In this document: positions 1 through 9,236 of the stretch, piece by piece | Position numbering within the stretch: position 1 is the stretch's first letter | How the letters are laid out: every line of letters starts with the position of its first letter | DNA from: Candidatus Omnitrophota bacterium | GTDB taxonomy: Bacteria > Omnitrophota > Omnitrophia > Omnitrophales > Omnitrophaceae | NCBI GenBank assembly: GCA_016209715.1 | Contig: JACQVP010000087.1 | Coordinates: 1 to 46,046 of the forward strand | Direction: 5' to 3' | DNA length: 46,046 bases | Program-made: the position numbers and the translations under genes | The notes under the pieces: generated by a model | What the model was told of the DNA's origin: nothing | Database searches by the model: none | The model's input: the letters and a program-made list of their open reading frames with translations, nothing else

Positions 1-1
1 G

Positions 2-769
2 ACGATGCAGGCCGGCGTCCGGAGTACGTTTTTGCGGGGCGAGAATGACAACCGGCAGCGGGGGTTGTACGCCGAATCTAATATGTTCGCGCAGGAGTCG
101 CTGATGCTGACCGGCGACCTCAACGTGGCCGAAGTCGAATGGATCGTGCAGTACAAGATCAAGGATCCTGTCCTTTTCGCCTTCAAAGTCCGGAATGCCC
201 AGGAAACGCTGCGGAACATGTCCGAGGCCATCATGCAGCTCGTGATCGGCGATAACTCCATCAATGAAGTGCTGACGGTGGGCCGCGAGAAGATCAGCCA
301 CCAAGTGGCCGAAAAGCTCCAGCAAGTCATGGACAGCTACGAAACGGGAATGCTCATCACGAACGTGGTCCTGCAAGACGTCACCCCGCCCGATCCCGTG
401 CGGCCTTCGTTTAACGAGGTGAACGAGGCCAAACAGGAGAAAGAAAAGGCGATCAATCAGGCCTGGGAAGATTACAACCGGACGATTCCGGCGGCGCGCG
501 GTCAGGCGGATAAAGTCATCCGCGAGGCCGAGGGCTACGCGCTCGACCGCGTGAATCGCGCCCGCGGCGACGCCGAAAAGTTTACCGAGATCTGGAACGC
601 CTACAAGGACTCCAAGGAAGTGACCCGCAAACGGCTCTACCTGGAAACGATGCAGAAGGTTTGGCCCGAGATGAGCGAGAAATTCATCCTGGATGAGGAC
701 GTGAAGGGATTGCTCCCCCTGCTGGACTTGTCGGAGAAAAAGGGAGGGCCCGCCCGTGAAACAGCTTAG
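2..769 (+). CDS. hflK: HflK, SPFH/band-7 protease-modulator subunit (5' end cut by window edge)
   Basis: ORF 5..769 stays open to the window edge. The translation shows an SPFH core and the coiled-coil stretch NEAKQEKEKAINQAWEDYNRTIPAARGQADKVIREAEGYALDRVNRARGDAEKF typical of HflK. It overlaps hflC by 14 nt. Confidence 0.85.
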   Translation, partial: TMQAGVRSTFLRGENDNRQRGLYAESNMFAQESLMLTGDLNVAEVEWIVQYKIKDPVLFAFKVRNAQETLRNMSEAIMQLVIGDNSINEVLTVGREKISHQVAEKLQQVMDSYETGMLITNVVLQDVTPPDPVRPSFNEVNEAKQEKEKAINQAWEDYNRTIPAARGQADKVIREAEGYALDRVNRARGDAEKFTEIWNAYKDSKEVTRKRLYLETMQKVWPEMSEKFILDEDVKGLLPLLDLSEKKGGPARETA

Positions 770-1709
770 CGGCTTGCTGGGTTTTATCGCGATCGTCGCC
801 GGGCTCATTCTCTTCAACGCGGGCTTCATCGTGGACGAAACCCGGCAGGTGGTCATCACGCAATTCGGCGAGCCCATCGGGAAGGCCGTCCAGACGGCCG
901 GGCTCCATTTCAAGGTGCCCTTCGTCCAGAAGGCGAATTATTTCGAGAAACGAATCCTCGAATGGGACGGCTATCCGACGGAGGTGCCGACCAAGGACAA
1001 GAAATTTATCTGGGTGGACACGACCGGCCGCTGGAAGATCGTGGATCCGCTCCTTTTCATGCAGTCGATGGGCACCGAAAACCATGCCCAGTCCCGCCTC
1101 GACGACATCATCGACGGGATGACGCGAGACCTTATCACCGGCCACAATCTTCTCGACATTGTCCGCAGCACGAACCAAATCGTCTCCCTGGTCCAGACGG
1201 AAGAGGACATCGCGAGCGAAGAACGGCTGGAAAAGATCAGCATCGGCCGCGATGAAATCACCCGCGCCATTCTTCTCAAGGCCAAGGAAATCGTCAATGA
1301 TTACGGGATCGAACTGGTGGACGTCCGCATCAAGCGCCTCAATTACGTCGACCGCGTCCGGCAAAAGGTGTATGAACGCATGATCTCAGAGCGGAAACGG
1401 GCCGTGGAACAGCTCCGTTCCGAAGGGCAGGGGGTCCGCGCCGAGATCGAGGGGCAGAAGGAGCGGGAACTGAAGAAGATCCAGTCGGAGGCCTACCGGA
1501 CGGCCCAGGAGATCAAGGGGAAAGCCGACGCCGAGGCCATCAAAATTTACGCGGAAGCCTATTCCAAGGACACCGAATTTTATACTTTTATGAAGACGCT
1601 CGAACTTTATCCTGAAACTTTAAAGGGCAGCCGTTTCCTCCTTTCGACGAAGTCCGATTTCTTGGAGTATTTGAAGAAGACCCCCGGCGATCAATCCGGC
1701 CAGGGCTGA
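756..1709 (+). CDS. hflC: HflC, SPFH/band-7 protease-modulator subunit
   Basis: GTG start preceded by AGGGAGGG. N-terminal TM anchor (LLGFIAIVAGLILF), then an SPFH domain and a coiled coil (ERKRAVEQLRSEGQGVRAEIEGQKERE). Classic hflK-hflC pairing. Confidence 0.85.
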   Translation: MKQLSGLLGFIAIVAGLILFNAGFIVDETRQVVITQFGEPIGKAVQTAGLHFKVPFVQKANYFEKRILEWDGYPTEVPTKDKKFIWVDTTGRWKIVDPLLFMQSMGTENHAQSRLDDIIDGMTRDLITGHNLLDIVRSTNQIVSLVQTEEDIASEERLEKISIGRDEITRAILLKAKEIVNDYGIELVDVRIKRLNYVDRVRQKVYERMISERKRAVEQLRSEGQGVRAEIEGQKERELKKIQSEAYRTAQEIKGKADAEAIKIYAEAYSKDTEFYTFMKTLELYPETLKGSRFLLSTKSDFLEYLKKTPGDQSGQG

Positions 1710-1728
1710 TTCATTCTGAGGTTGCCAG

Positions 1729-3102
1729 TTGTTCCCACCGGTTTCGAAAATCCGGACGCTTTACGAGCGGGGCGAAGTCGTCCCCTTCACCCGCGAGATC
1801 CCGTTCCGGGACCCTTTTCGCGTCTACGAACGTTTCCACGGAGACGGCCCGACGGCCTTTCTCGACAGCCCGCGCTTTCATCCCAAGACGGCGACCCATT
1901 CCTACATCGCCCTGCATCCGTTTGACTCGGCCGATCTGTCCGAGGCGCCTCCGGGCGGCGCCTTCGATTGGCTGCGCGAAAAATTTTCTCCCTGGCGTTC
2001 CTCCCGCTCCGGGAAGGGCGCGCTTTTCACGGGGGGCGCCGTCGGGTTTTTAAACTACGATTCGGCCGAGGGGCTGTTTTTCCTCATGAGGGACGTGATT
2101 GCTTTCGATTTGCGAGCCCGGAAGGCCTTCCTCGTGACGAATCTCCTGCCCCGGCTGGACGGCTCCTTCGCCGCCGCGTTTCGCCGCGCCCGGCAGAGCC
2201 TCGACGCCCTGGAAGCCCGGCTCGCGACTCCCACGGAGCCGGAGTCGAACGGGCATTTTCGTTACGCGAGGCTCCGTTCCAATCTCACCCGCGCCGGCTT
2301 CGAGCGCATGGTCGTCCGGGCGAAGCGCTACATCCGCCAGGGAGACATTTACCAGGCGAATCTCTCGCAATGTTTTTCCTTCGAGTGGGCGGGAAATCCG
2401 CTCCGGCTTTATGAGAAACTGCGCCGGCGGAATCCCTCGCCGTTTGCCGCGTATCTCGATTTTGGCCGGCTCAAAGTGGCGAGCGCGTCTCCCGAGCGTT
2501 TGATTCGGCTGGAGGGCCGGTCCTGCGAAACGCGTCCGATCGCGGGGACCCGCCCGGTGGGGCGCACGCGCCGGGAATCGCGGCGTTTGTCGCGGGAGCT
2601 TCTCCTGAACGAGAAAGAGCGCGCCGAGCATCTCATGCTGATCGACCTCGAACGGAACGATCTGGGAAGGGTTTCCGAATACCGCAGCGTCCGCGTCGAC
2701 GAAATGATGACCCTCGAAAAATATTCGCACGTGTTCCATATCGTCTCCAACGTGACGGGGAAGCTCGCGGCGGGCAAGGACGCCTTCGACCTTCTGAAAG
2801 CGGTGTTTCCGGGCGGCACGATCACCGGCTGTCCGAAGATCCGTTGCATGGAGATCATCCGTGAATTGGAGCCCTGCGGAAGGGGACTTTACACCGGTTC
2901 CATCGGCTATCTGGGGTTTAACGGGGACATGGACTGGAATATCGTGATCCGCACCCTGGTGCTGGAAGGCCAGCGCGGGCGCATCCAGGCCGGCGCCGGG
3001 ATCGTTCATGATTCCGTGCCCCGCCGGGAATATGAAGAGACCCTGCACAAGGCAAAAGCGCTGTTAGAAGCCCTGGGGATTCATGGTAAAATTGCCGGTT
3101 GA
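1729..3102 (+). CDS. pabB: Aminodeoxychorismate synthase component I (chorismate-binding enzyme, PabB/TrpE family)
   Basis: Chorismate-binding blocks SPERLIRL, LLLNEKERAEHLMLIDLERNDLGRV, FPGGTITGCPKIRCMEIIRELE and RGLYTGSIGYL. No fused amidotransferase. Called PabB rather than TrpE because it overlaps the class IV aminotransferase gene by 20 nt. TTG start, so the start is uncertain. Confidence 0.7.
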   Translation: MFPPVSKIRTLYERGEVVPFTREIPFRDPFRVYERFHGDGPTAFLDSPRFHPKTATHSYIALHPFDSADLSEAPPGGAFDWLREKFSPWRSSRSGKGALFTGGAVGFLNYDSAEGLFFLMRDVIAFDLRARKAFLVTNLLPRLDGSFAAAFRRARQSLDALEARLATPTEPESNGHFRYARLRSNLTRAGFERMVVRAKRYIRQGDIYQANLSQCFSFEWAGNPLRLYEKLRRRNPSPFAAYLDFGRLKVASASPERLIRLEGRSCETRPIAGTRPVGRTRRESRRLSRELLLNEKERAEHLMLIDLERNDLGRVSEYRSVRVDEMMTLEKYSHVFHIVSNVTGKLAAGKDAFDLLKAVFPGGTITGCPKIRCMEIIRELEPCGRGLYTGSIGYLGFNGDMDWNIVIRTLVLEGQRGRIQAGAGIVHDSVPRREYEETLHKAKALLEALGIHGKIAG

Positions 3103-3871
3103 TGTTTTCGCGCAGGAAACGGTTTCGGTGTTTGAGAGTTGCCGGAGCTATCGGGGCTGTATCTTCCGGATCGAGGACCACATCGGGCGGCTCATGGCTT
3201 CGGCCCGGACAGTCGGCCTCGCGGTCCCGTCGGGGCCGGACGCTCTGAAACGCGCCCTGTACGGCGCGCTTGCGGATTCGGGTAAAAAAGAGGCCTTCCT
3301 GCGGATCACGCTGTCGCCGGCCGGTCTCCATATTTCGGTGACTCATCGCGTGTGGCCGCGAGAGGTCTATGTCAAGGGCGTGACCCTGAGGACGGCGACG
3401 GTGCGCAAATCGCTGTCGCACGCGCTTTATCCGGAGGCGAAAACGTCGAATTACGGCGCGCAGATGCTGGCCACCCTGGAAATGCCTCCGGGCATCTTTG
3501 ACGTGGTTTTTGTCGGCGTCGATGGGTGCGTCAAAGAATGCCGTACCAGCAATATCTTCCTGGTCAAGGAAGGGGTGCTCCGGACCCCTCCCGCCGCGGC
3601 GATCTTGGAAGGCGTGACCCGGCGCGTGGTGCTCGAGGTGGCGCCCCCGGCGGGGCTCCGCTGCGAAGAGACGCCCCTGACGCGGCACGATTTCTATAAC
3701 GCCGCGGAAGTTTTCTTGACCAACACGTCCGGCGAGATCATTCCCGTGCGGGAGATGGACGGACGGAAAATCGGCGCGGCGGTCCCCGGCGTCTGGACGC
3801 GGCGGCTTCATCAGGCATTCAAGCGCGCGGTTGCGGGATATCTAAAGGAGAGGAAACGTCATCATGCTTAA
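3083..3871 (+). CDS. pabC: Class IV aminotransferase, probable aminodeoxychorismate lyase
   Basis: Class IV fold blocks (TSNIFLVKEGVLRTPP, ILEGVTRRVVLE, FLTNTSGEIIPVREMDG). Coupled to pabB upstream and purH downstream. A D-amino-acid or branched-chain aminotransferase cannot be excluded. Confidence 0.6.
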   Translation: MVKLPVDVFAQETVSVFESCRSYRGCIFRIEDHIGRLMASARTVGLAVPSGPDALKRALYGALADSGKKEAFLRITLSPAGLHISVTHRVWPREVYVKGVTLRTATVRKSLSHALYPEAKTSNYGAQMLATLEMPPGIFDVVFVGVDGCVKECRTSNIFLVKEGVLRTPPAAAILEGVTRRVVLEVAPPAGLRCEETPLTRHDFYNAAEVFLTNTSGEIIPVREMDGRKIGAAVPGVWTRRLHQAFKRAVAGYLKERKRHHA

Positions 3872-5423
3872 AATCAAACGGGCCATCTTGAGCGTTTCGG
3901 ACAAATCGGGAATCGCGGAGCTGGCGCAAGGACTCGGAAAATACGGCGTGGAGATCATCTCCACGGGCGGCACGCTCGCTTTGCTGAAATCCAAGAAAAT
4001 CGCGGCCGTACCGATTTCCTCCTTCACTCATTTTCCTGAAATCCTCGAGGGGCGCCTGAAGACGCTCCATCCCAAAATCCACGGAGGGCTGCTCTACCGC
4101 CGCGAGAAAAAGAGCCAGGTCCGCGAGGCCTCGCGGAACGGCATCCTCCCGATCGATCTCGTCGCGGTCAATCTTTACCCGTTCGAGGAGGCCACTCGGA
4201 CCGGGAAGCTCAAACTCGAGGCGGCCGTGGAGGAGATCGACATCGGCGGCCCCACCATGCTTCGTTCCGCGGCCAAGAATTTCAAATCGGTGGCCGTTCT
4301 TTGCGATCCGGCCGATTATGCTTCCTTTCTCGAAGAACTGGCCCGGAACCGCGGGCGGATTTCGGAGGACACCCTTTACCGGTTGGCCTGCAAAGTGTTC
4401 CAAAACACGGCCCGCTACGATTCGATCATTGCAGGCTATCTGGGCGCGCGCCGGAAAGCGGCCGGGTTTCCGGAGAAGCTCACCCTTCCTTATAAGAAAG
4501 CGGCCGATCTCCGTTACGGCGAAAACCCCCATCAAAAAGCCGCCCTGTATCATGGCGGGATCGGAGGCGGACAGGCCTATTCCTTCCGGCAGTTGCACGG
4601 AAAGGAGCTTTCCTATAATAACCTGCTCGATATCGAGTCGGCCCAGGACACGGTCGAGGAATTCGGGGAACCGGCTGCCGCGGTGATCAAGCACAATACG
4701 CCGTGCGGCGTGGCGGTGGCAGAGGCGTTGGCCGATGCGGCAGGGGCGGCCATCGATTGCGATCTCGAGGCTAGCTTCGGGGGAATCGTCGGGCTCAATC
4801 AGCCCTGTGACGCTGCGACTGCCGGGGTCATTCTTGAAAAACTCGGATTCCTGGAAGTGATCACGGCGCCTTCTTTTTCGCCGGAGGCCTTGGGAGAGCT
4901 CAGGAAGCGAAAAAACCTCCGGCTGATCGTGGTCCAGAAAGAGCGAGAAACGCCGGCCGCTTATCGTTTTTCGAAGCTGGGGCTTCTGGTCCAGGACGCG
5001 GACCGTCCGCTCCGGGGCGAGTGGAACTCATTCCGCAAGAAAATCCAGCCCGTCACCCGGCTGAAGCCCACCGCGGCGGAGCTCAAAGAATTGTTCTTCG
5101 CCTGGCGTTGCGTCAAAGTCGTGAAGTCCAACGGCATTGTCCTCACAAAAGACGGCCGTACCGTCGGCATCGGCGCGGGGCAGGTGAGCCGCGTGGATTC
5201 GGTGCGCATTGCCTGTCAAAAGGCCGGGGACCGGGCCCGCGGGAGTTTCTTGGCGAGTGACGCTTTCTTTCCCATGCCGGACAATATCGAAGTCGCGGCC
5301 GCCGCGGGCATTCGCGCCATCGTCCAGCCCGGCGGATCCATCCGGGACCGCGAAGTCGTAGAGGCCGCGGACCGGATGGGCCTGGCCATGATTTTTACCG
5401 GGGAGAGGCATTTCCGGCACTAG
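3864..5423 (+). CDS. purH: Bifunctional AICAR transformylase / IMP cyclohydrolase
   Basis: MGS-like N domain (KRAILSVSDKSGI, ISTGGT, LKTLHPKIHGGLL) plus an AICARFT domain. Full-length at 519 aa. AAAGGAGAGG RBS. Confidence 0.95.
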   Translation: MLKIKRAILSVSDKSGIAELAQGLGKYGVEIISTGGTLALLKSKKIAAVPISSFTHFPEILEGRLKTLHPKIHGGLLYRREKKSQVREASRNGILPIDLVAVNLYPFEEATRTGKLKLEAAVEEIDIGGPTMLRSAAKNFKSVAVLCDPADYASFLEELARNRGRISEDTLYRLACKVFQNTARYDSIIAGYLGARRKAAGFPEKLTLPYKKAADLRYGENPHQKAALYHGGIGGGQAYSFRQLHGKELSYNNLLDIESAQDTVEEFGEPAAAVIKHNTPCGVAVAEALADAAGAAIDCDLEASFGGIVGLNQPCDAATAGVILEKLGFLEVITAPSFSPEALGELRKRKNLRLIVVQKERETPAAYRFSKLGLLVQDADRPLRGEWNSFRKKIQPVTRLKPTAAELKELFFAWRCVKVVKSNGIVLTKDGRTVGIGAGQVSRVDSVRIACQKAGDRARGSFLASDAFFPMPDNIEVAAAAGIRAIVQPGGSIRDREVVEAADRMGLAMIFTGERHFRH

Positions 5424-5429
5424 GCGGCC

Positions 5430-6776
5430 ATGGATTACCCGCAGTCCCTCAAATATCTCTATTCCTTTCTGAATTACGAAGTCGTCACGGATTATTCCTA
5501 CCGCCGGGACCTCAATCTCGTGCGCATGGCGGCCCTGCTGAAAATGCTGGGCCACCCCGAGCAAAAGCTCCGCTGCGTTCTGGTGGGGGGCACCAAAGGC
5601 AAGGGTTCGACCGCCTGTCTTCTCGAATCGGTCCTCCGCCAGGCGGGGTACCGCACCGGCCTCTACGTGTCTCCGCATTTGCGGGAGCCGCTCGAGCGGA
5701 TTTCCGTGGCCGGCAAAAATATATCGAAACGCGAGTTCGCCGCCTGTCTCACTCAGATCCGGCGCCGCCTGGCCGCGCGTCGGCTCCCTTCGCGCCTGGG
5801 CCCGGTCACTTTTTTCGAACTGCTGACCGCCGCCGCCTTTTGTTATTTTTTCCGCAAGCGCGTCCAAATCGCCGTGCTGGAAGTCGGCATGGGCGGCCGG
5901 TTGGACGCCACCAACATCGTGCGTCCTCTGATGTGCGTGATCACGCCGGTGAGCTATGACCATCAAGACAAACTGGGATCTGCGCTCTCCGCGATTGCCC
6001 GCGAAAAAATCGCCATCCTGAAAAAGGGAGGGACCCTCGTGAGCGGCCGGCAGGCCCCGCTTGTGAAACGCGTGTTCGACCGTTGGGCGGACCGCCAGCA
6101 CGGGCGCATTTATTATCAGGGGCGTGATTTCGGGGTGTCGGTCCGGGGTGCCGGCGAGGCGGGGTCCATCTTTGATTTCCGGGGCGGAGGCGAAGCCCTG
6201 GGAGGAATATTTGTTTCCCTCCCGGGCCTCTTTCAAATCGACAACGCCTCCAGCGCCATCCAGGCGGCCCTCTTGCTTCGCCAGAAGGAACGTTTCCGGA
6301 TCTCGGAGGAAGCGATTCGCTCCGGCCTCGAGCGCGCCCGCTGGCCCGGCCGCTTCGAAACCTTGTCCCGCCATCCTTTGGTGCTCGCCGACGGGGCGCA
6401 CAACGGCGCGTCCTTCCGGGCCTTGCGCGAGTCGGTGCAGGCGCTGTATCCGGACCGGGAAATTGTCCTGATCTTGGCGTTGTCGAAAGGCAAAGACCTT
6501 TCGCGCATCGCCCGGGAAATCAAACTTTTTCGGGCCCAAAGGCTGATCGTTACGGAAGCAAAGACGCCGCGCGCCTGTCCTTCTGAGGTGATTTTGAAGC
6601 GGGTCCGGGGTGCGGCGGAACGCGTGGAAAGCGCTCCGGAGCTCAAGGAAGCCCTGCAAAGGGCACTGGAGAACGGCACGAAGAAGGGGTTGGTCCTGGT
6701 GACGGGGTCGCTTTTTCTGGTCGGCGAGGCCGAAACTCTTTTCGAGGCCGCGCCCCAGACCGCGGGAGCGCTTTAA
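5430..6776 (+). CDS. folC: Folylpolyglutamate synthase / dihydrofolate synthase
   Basis: Mur-ligase fold with P-loop VGGTKGKGST and the DGAHN motif. 448 aa. Lies 6 nt after purH. Confidence 0.9.
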   Translation: MDYPQSLKYLYSFLNYEVVTDYSYRRDLNLVRMAALLKMLGHPEQKLRCVLVGGTKGKGSTACLLESVLRQAGYRTGLYVSPHLREPLERISVAGKNISKREFAACLTQIRRRLAARRLPSRLGPVTFFELLTAAAFCYFFRKRVQIAVLEVGMGGRLDATNIVRPLMCVITPVSYDHQDKLGSALSAIAREKIAILKKGGTLVSGRQAPLVKRVFDRWADRQHGRIYYQGRDFGVSVRGAGEAGSIFDFRGGGEALGGIFVSLPGLFQIDNASSAIQAALLLRQKERFRISEEAIRSGLERARWPGRFETLSRHPLVLADGAHNGASFRALRESVQALYPDREIVLILALSKGKDLSRIAREIKLFRAQRLIVTEAKTPRACPSEVILKRVRGAAERVESAPELKEALQRALENGTKKGLVLVTGSLFLVGEAETLFEAAPQTAGAL

Positions 6777-6777
6777 C

Positions 6778-8166
6778 ATGGCGAAGGGGACCGGGGAAGA
6801 CACCGTTTGCGCAATCTCCACCCCCGTGGGCGAGGGAGGAATAGGCGTGATCCGGCTGAGTGGGGGGCGGGCGTTGGAAATCGCGGACCATTTTTTTCAA
6901 ACTCGCTCCGGCCGGCGCCTCCGCGAATTCCCGTCCCACACGGTGCATTTCGGCCTCGTCAAAGATGGCCGCGGCAAGGTCCTGGACGAAGTGATCGGCG
7001 TGTTCTACCGGGGCCCGAAATCTTATACCGGCGAAGATGTGGTCGAGATCAGCGCTCACGGAGGCATGAAGGTGCTGCAGGAGATTTTGCAGGCCTTGAT
7101 CCGGGCCGGGGCGCGGCAGGCGGAACCGGGAGAATTCACCAAGAGGGCGTTTCTCAACGGCCGCATCGATCTTGCCCAGGCCGAGGCGGTCATGGACCTT
7201 ATCCGGGCCAAGACGGAATTGTCCCGGGAACAGGCCTGCCGGCAATTGCAGGGAGAGTTTTCCCGGCAAGTCCGCAAATTGAGAGAGGACCTGCTCAAGA
7301 TCGCGGCGCATGTCGAAGCTTACGTGGATTTTCCCGAGGACGATCTCGAAGTTTACTCGCAGCCCGAATTTCTCGAGAAATTGAATGGGGCATCGGCAAA
7401 GATTTCGGCCATGCTGGACTCGTACGAGCGGGGCGCGGTGCTCAAAGACGGTGTTTTGTGCGTGATCGCGGGGCGCCCGAATGTCGGCAAATCTTCCTTG
7501 TTGAACGCGCTGCTGGACCGCGACCGGGCCATCGTGACCGACCTTCCCGGTACCACCCGGGACGCGCTGGAGGAGCAGTTGGACATCGGCGGGCTTTTGG
7601 TCCGGATCGTGGACACGGCTGGGATCCGGCAGGGGACGGAAGCGGTCGAGGCCCTCGGCGTCGAGCGGACCCGGCGCTACCTGGCCGAGGCCCAACTGGT
7701 GCTTTTCATGCTCGAGGCGCCGGCCGGCGTGACGGCGGAAGATTTGCAAATTTTTGAAGAAATCCGCAAGAAAAAATACATATTGGTCGTAAATAAAATT
7801 GATCTGCCGGGCGGGGAAGACCGGGCGGACTTGGGCGTTTTTTCTCCGGAGGCCCGGCCGGTGTACCTTTCCGTCAGGACGAAAGAGGGTCTCAAGGACT
7901 TGGAAAAACGCATCCTGGAGACCGCGGCCGCCGAGCGCTTTCAAAGCGAGGGCGTCGCGGTCACGCGCGTGCGGCACAAGCAGGCCCTGGAGAAGTGCCG
8001 CGAGGCGCTGCGGAAGGCCCGGGAAGGTTTTGAAAAGCGGCTGTCGCTGGAGTTCATCGCCTTCGACTTGCGCGAAGCGATGGACCGGTTGGGCGAGATT
8101 GTGGGCGAAATATATACGGAAGACCTTCTGGACGTGGTTTTTAGGGAATTTTGTATAGGCAAATAA
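6778..8166 (+). CDS. mnmE: tRNA modification GTPase MnmE (TrmE)
   Basis: N-terminal folate-binding domain. G domain motifs GRPNVGKSSLLNALL, DLPGTTRD, DTAGIR and NKIDL. C-terminal CIGK motif. Starts 1 nt after the folC stop. Confidence 0.95.
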   Translation: MAKGTGEDTVCAISTPVGEGGIGVIRLSGGRALEIADHFFQTRSGRRLREFPSHTVHFGLVKDGRGKVLDEVIGVFYRGPKSYTGEDVVEISAHGGMKVLQEILQALIRAGARQAEPGEFTKRAFLNGRIDLAQAEAVMDLIRAKTELSREQACRQLQGEFSRQVRKLREDLLKIAAHVEAYVDFPEDDLEVYSQPEFLEKLNGASAKISAMLDSYERGAVLKDGVLCVIAGRPNVGKSSLLNALLDRDRAIVTDLPGTTRDALEEQLDIGGLLVRIVDTAGIRQGTEAVEALGVERTRRYLAEAQLVLFMLEAPAGVTAEDLQIFEEIRKKKYILVVNKIDLPGGEDRADLGVFSPEARPVYLSVRTKEGLKDLEKRILETAAAERFQSEGVAVTRVRHKQALEKCREALRKAREGFEKRLSLEFIAFDLREAMDRLGEIVGEIYTEDLLDVVFREFCIGK

Positions 8167-8179
8167 AATAGGTTATACT
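8151..8179 (+). promoter_or_regulatory. Sigma70-like promoter TTGTAT-N17-TATACT
   Basis: TTGTAT at 8151-8156 and TATACT at 8174-8179, with a 17-nt spacer. It straddles the mnmE stop, upstream of the 8244 gene. Confidence 0.35.
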
Positions 8180-8243
8180 ATAGCTTACGTTTACAACAGG
8201 TTTTATCCCCCAAACCCATAAGACCGAGATGAAGGAGAAACAA

Positions 8244-8900
8244 ATGAATAGAATTCCCGGGTTAGCGATCTTCTTGTTCCTGTCTTTCTTTTTCACGACA
8301 GGGTTCGGTTTCTTCGCCGCGAAAAAGGATGAGCCCAAGCAGGCCGCGTCCGAGTCGCAACAGGAGGCCGTGACCACGCAGGAACAGGCACCGGCGCAGG
8401 AATCCCAAAAGGAAGAACAGGCCGAATCCGAGAAAGAAGAAGGCGTGTTGGACATCACGCCGGAAGGCCGCGACGCCCGTTCTGACGAGAAGAAGAAAGA
8501 ATTGACGGATGAGGAAGCGAAGGCCCTCAAGAAAAAAGTGGAAAAGATCCAGCGTGACATCCAGATGGTCCGCGACGTCCAGACGGCCATGGACACCCGC
8601 TCCACCGTGAATTCTCTGGCCGGCATTTCATCCGCGACCGGCACGGCCCAGGCTCCCGCAGCCCCCGCGACGGCCGCCGCGCTTCCTCCCGGAGTTTCCA
8701 ATCCCGGAGTCGGCGTTCCTTCGGGCGGTTTGGCTCCCGGAACCCGCGGCGCCATTGACACCGCTCAGCGCGTTCAGGACCTCCAGCTCACTTTGGACAA
8801 GATCAAGTCGGAGCAGGAGAGGATCCGTCGCGAACAAGAGAGAATCGCGGAAGAAAAAAGACGTCTCGAGCAGCAGGCTCAGGCCACGCAGGCGCGCTGA
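8244..8900 (+). CDS. Hypothetical membrane-anchored/secreted low-complexity coiled-coil protein
   Basis: Hydrophobic N-terminus (IPGLAIFLFLSFFFTTGFGFFAA), an E/K/Q-rich region, an A/P-rich segment and a C-terminal coiled coil (KIKSEQERIRREQERIAEEKRRLEQQ). ATG 8244 has AAGGAG 6 nt upstream; the ORF-track start is 8229. No family recognised. Confidence 0.6.
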   Translation: MNRIPGLAIFLFLSFFFTTGFGFFAAKKDEPKQAASESQQEAVTTQEQAPAQESQKEEQAESEKEEGVLDITPEGRDARSDEKKKELTDEEAKALKKKVEKIQRDIQMVRDVQTAMDTRSTVNSLAGISSATGTAQAPAAPATAAALPPGVSNPGVGVPSGGLAPGTRGAIDTAQRVQDLQLTLDKIKSEQERIRREQERIAEEKRRLEQQAQATQAR

Positions 8901-8942
8901 AATAAAAAAAAATTTTTTTGCGTGATTTTTGTCAAAATTTAT

Positions 8943-8971
8943 TTGACTTGAGAAAAATCCTGCATTAGAAT
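8943..8971 (+). promoter_or_regulatory. Near-consensus sigma70-like promoter TTGACT-N17-TAGAAT (distal nrdJ promoter or sRNA promoter)
   Basis: TTGACT at 8943-8948 and TAGAAT at 8966-8971, with an exact 17-nt spacer. It lies inside the AT-rich spacer about 285 nt upstream of the nrdJ ATG. Confidence 0.45.
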
Positions 8972-9144
8972 CGCTCCCGCTTGTATGCTACTCGTTCTTT
9001 AAAACGGAGACGAAGCGGCCGGTCACTGAAACGTATTTATTTATTGCTCGGCTTTCCGAATTACCCAACCTGTGATGGCGCTCCCCCTCCAACAAGATTC
9101 ATCTTCATCTCGACCCAGCAACCGATAGAATCAGTCTGAACTTT

Positions 9145-9160
9145 ACACTAAAGATGTGCT
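9145..9160. promoter_or_regulatory. NrdR-box-like site A (ACACTAAAGATGTGCT)
   Basis: About 10/16 matches to the NrdR box consensus acaCwAtATaTwGtgt as I recall it. Lies 42 bp (4 helical turns) upstream of site B. Confidence 0.3.
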
Positions 9161-9186
9161 CACGAGAGGACGATTGTCTTCATAGG

Positions 9187-9202
9187 CCACAAGATGTAGG
9201 GG
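9187..9202. promoter_or_regulatory. NrdR-box-like site B (CCACAAGATGTAGGGG)
   Basis: About 11/16 matches to the recalled NrdR consensus. Lies 31 bp upstream of site C, which is the usual tandem-box spacing. Confidence 0.35.
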
Positions 9203-9217
9203 TTGTCCTTACAGTAA

Positions 9218-9233
9218 GCACTATATATGCTAT
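9218..9233. promoter_or_regulatory. NrdR-box-like site C (GCACTATATATGCTAT), overlapping the -10
   Basis: About 12/16 matches to the recalled NrdR consensus, and it overlaps the proximal nrdJ -10. Caveat: part of it (ATATGCTATAAT) also occurs at the rpsB promoter. Confidence 0.35.
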
Positions 9234-9236
9234 AAT
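9228..9236 (+). promoter_or_regulatory. Extended -10 promoter TGcTATAAT (proximal nrdJ promoter)
   Basis: TG at 9228-9229 and TATAAT at 9231-9236. Lies 20 nt upstream of ATG 9256. Confidence 0.45.
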
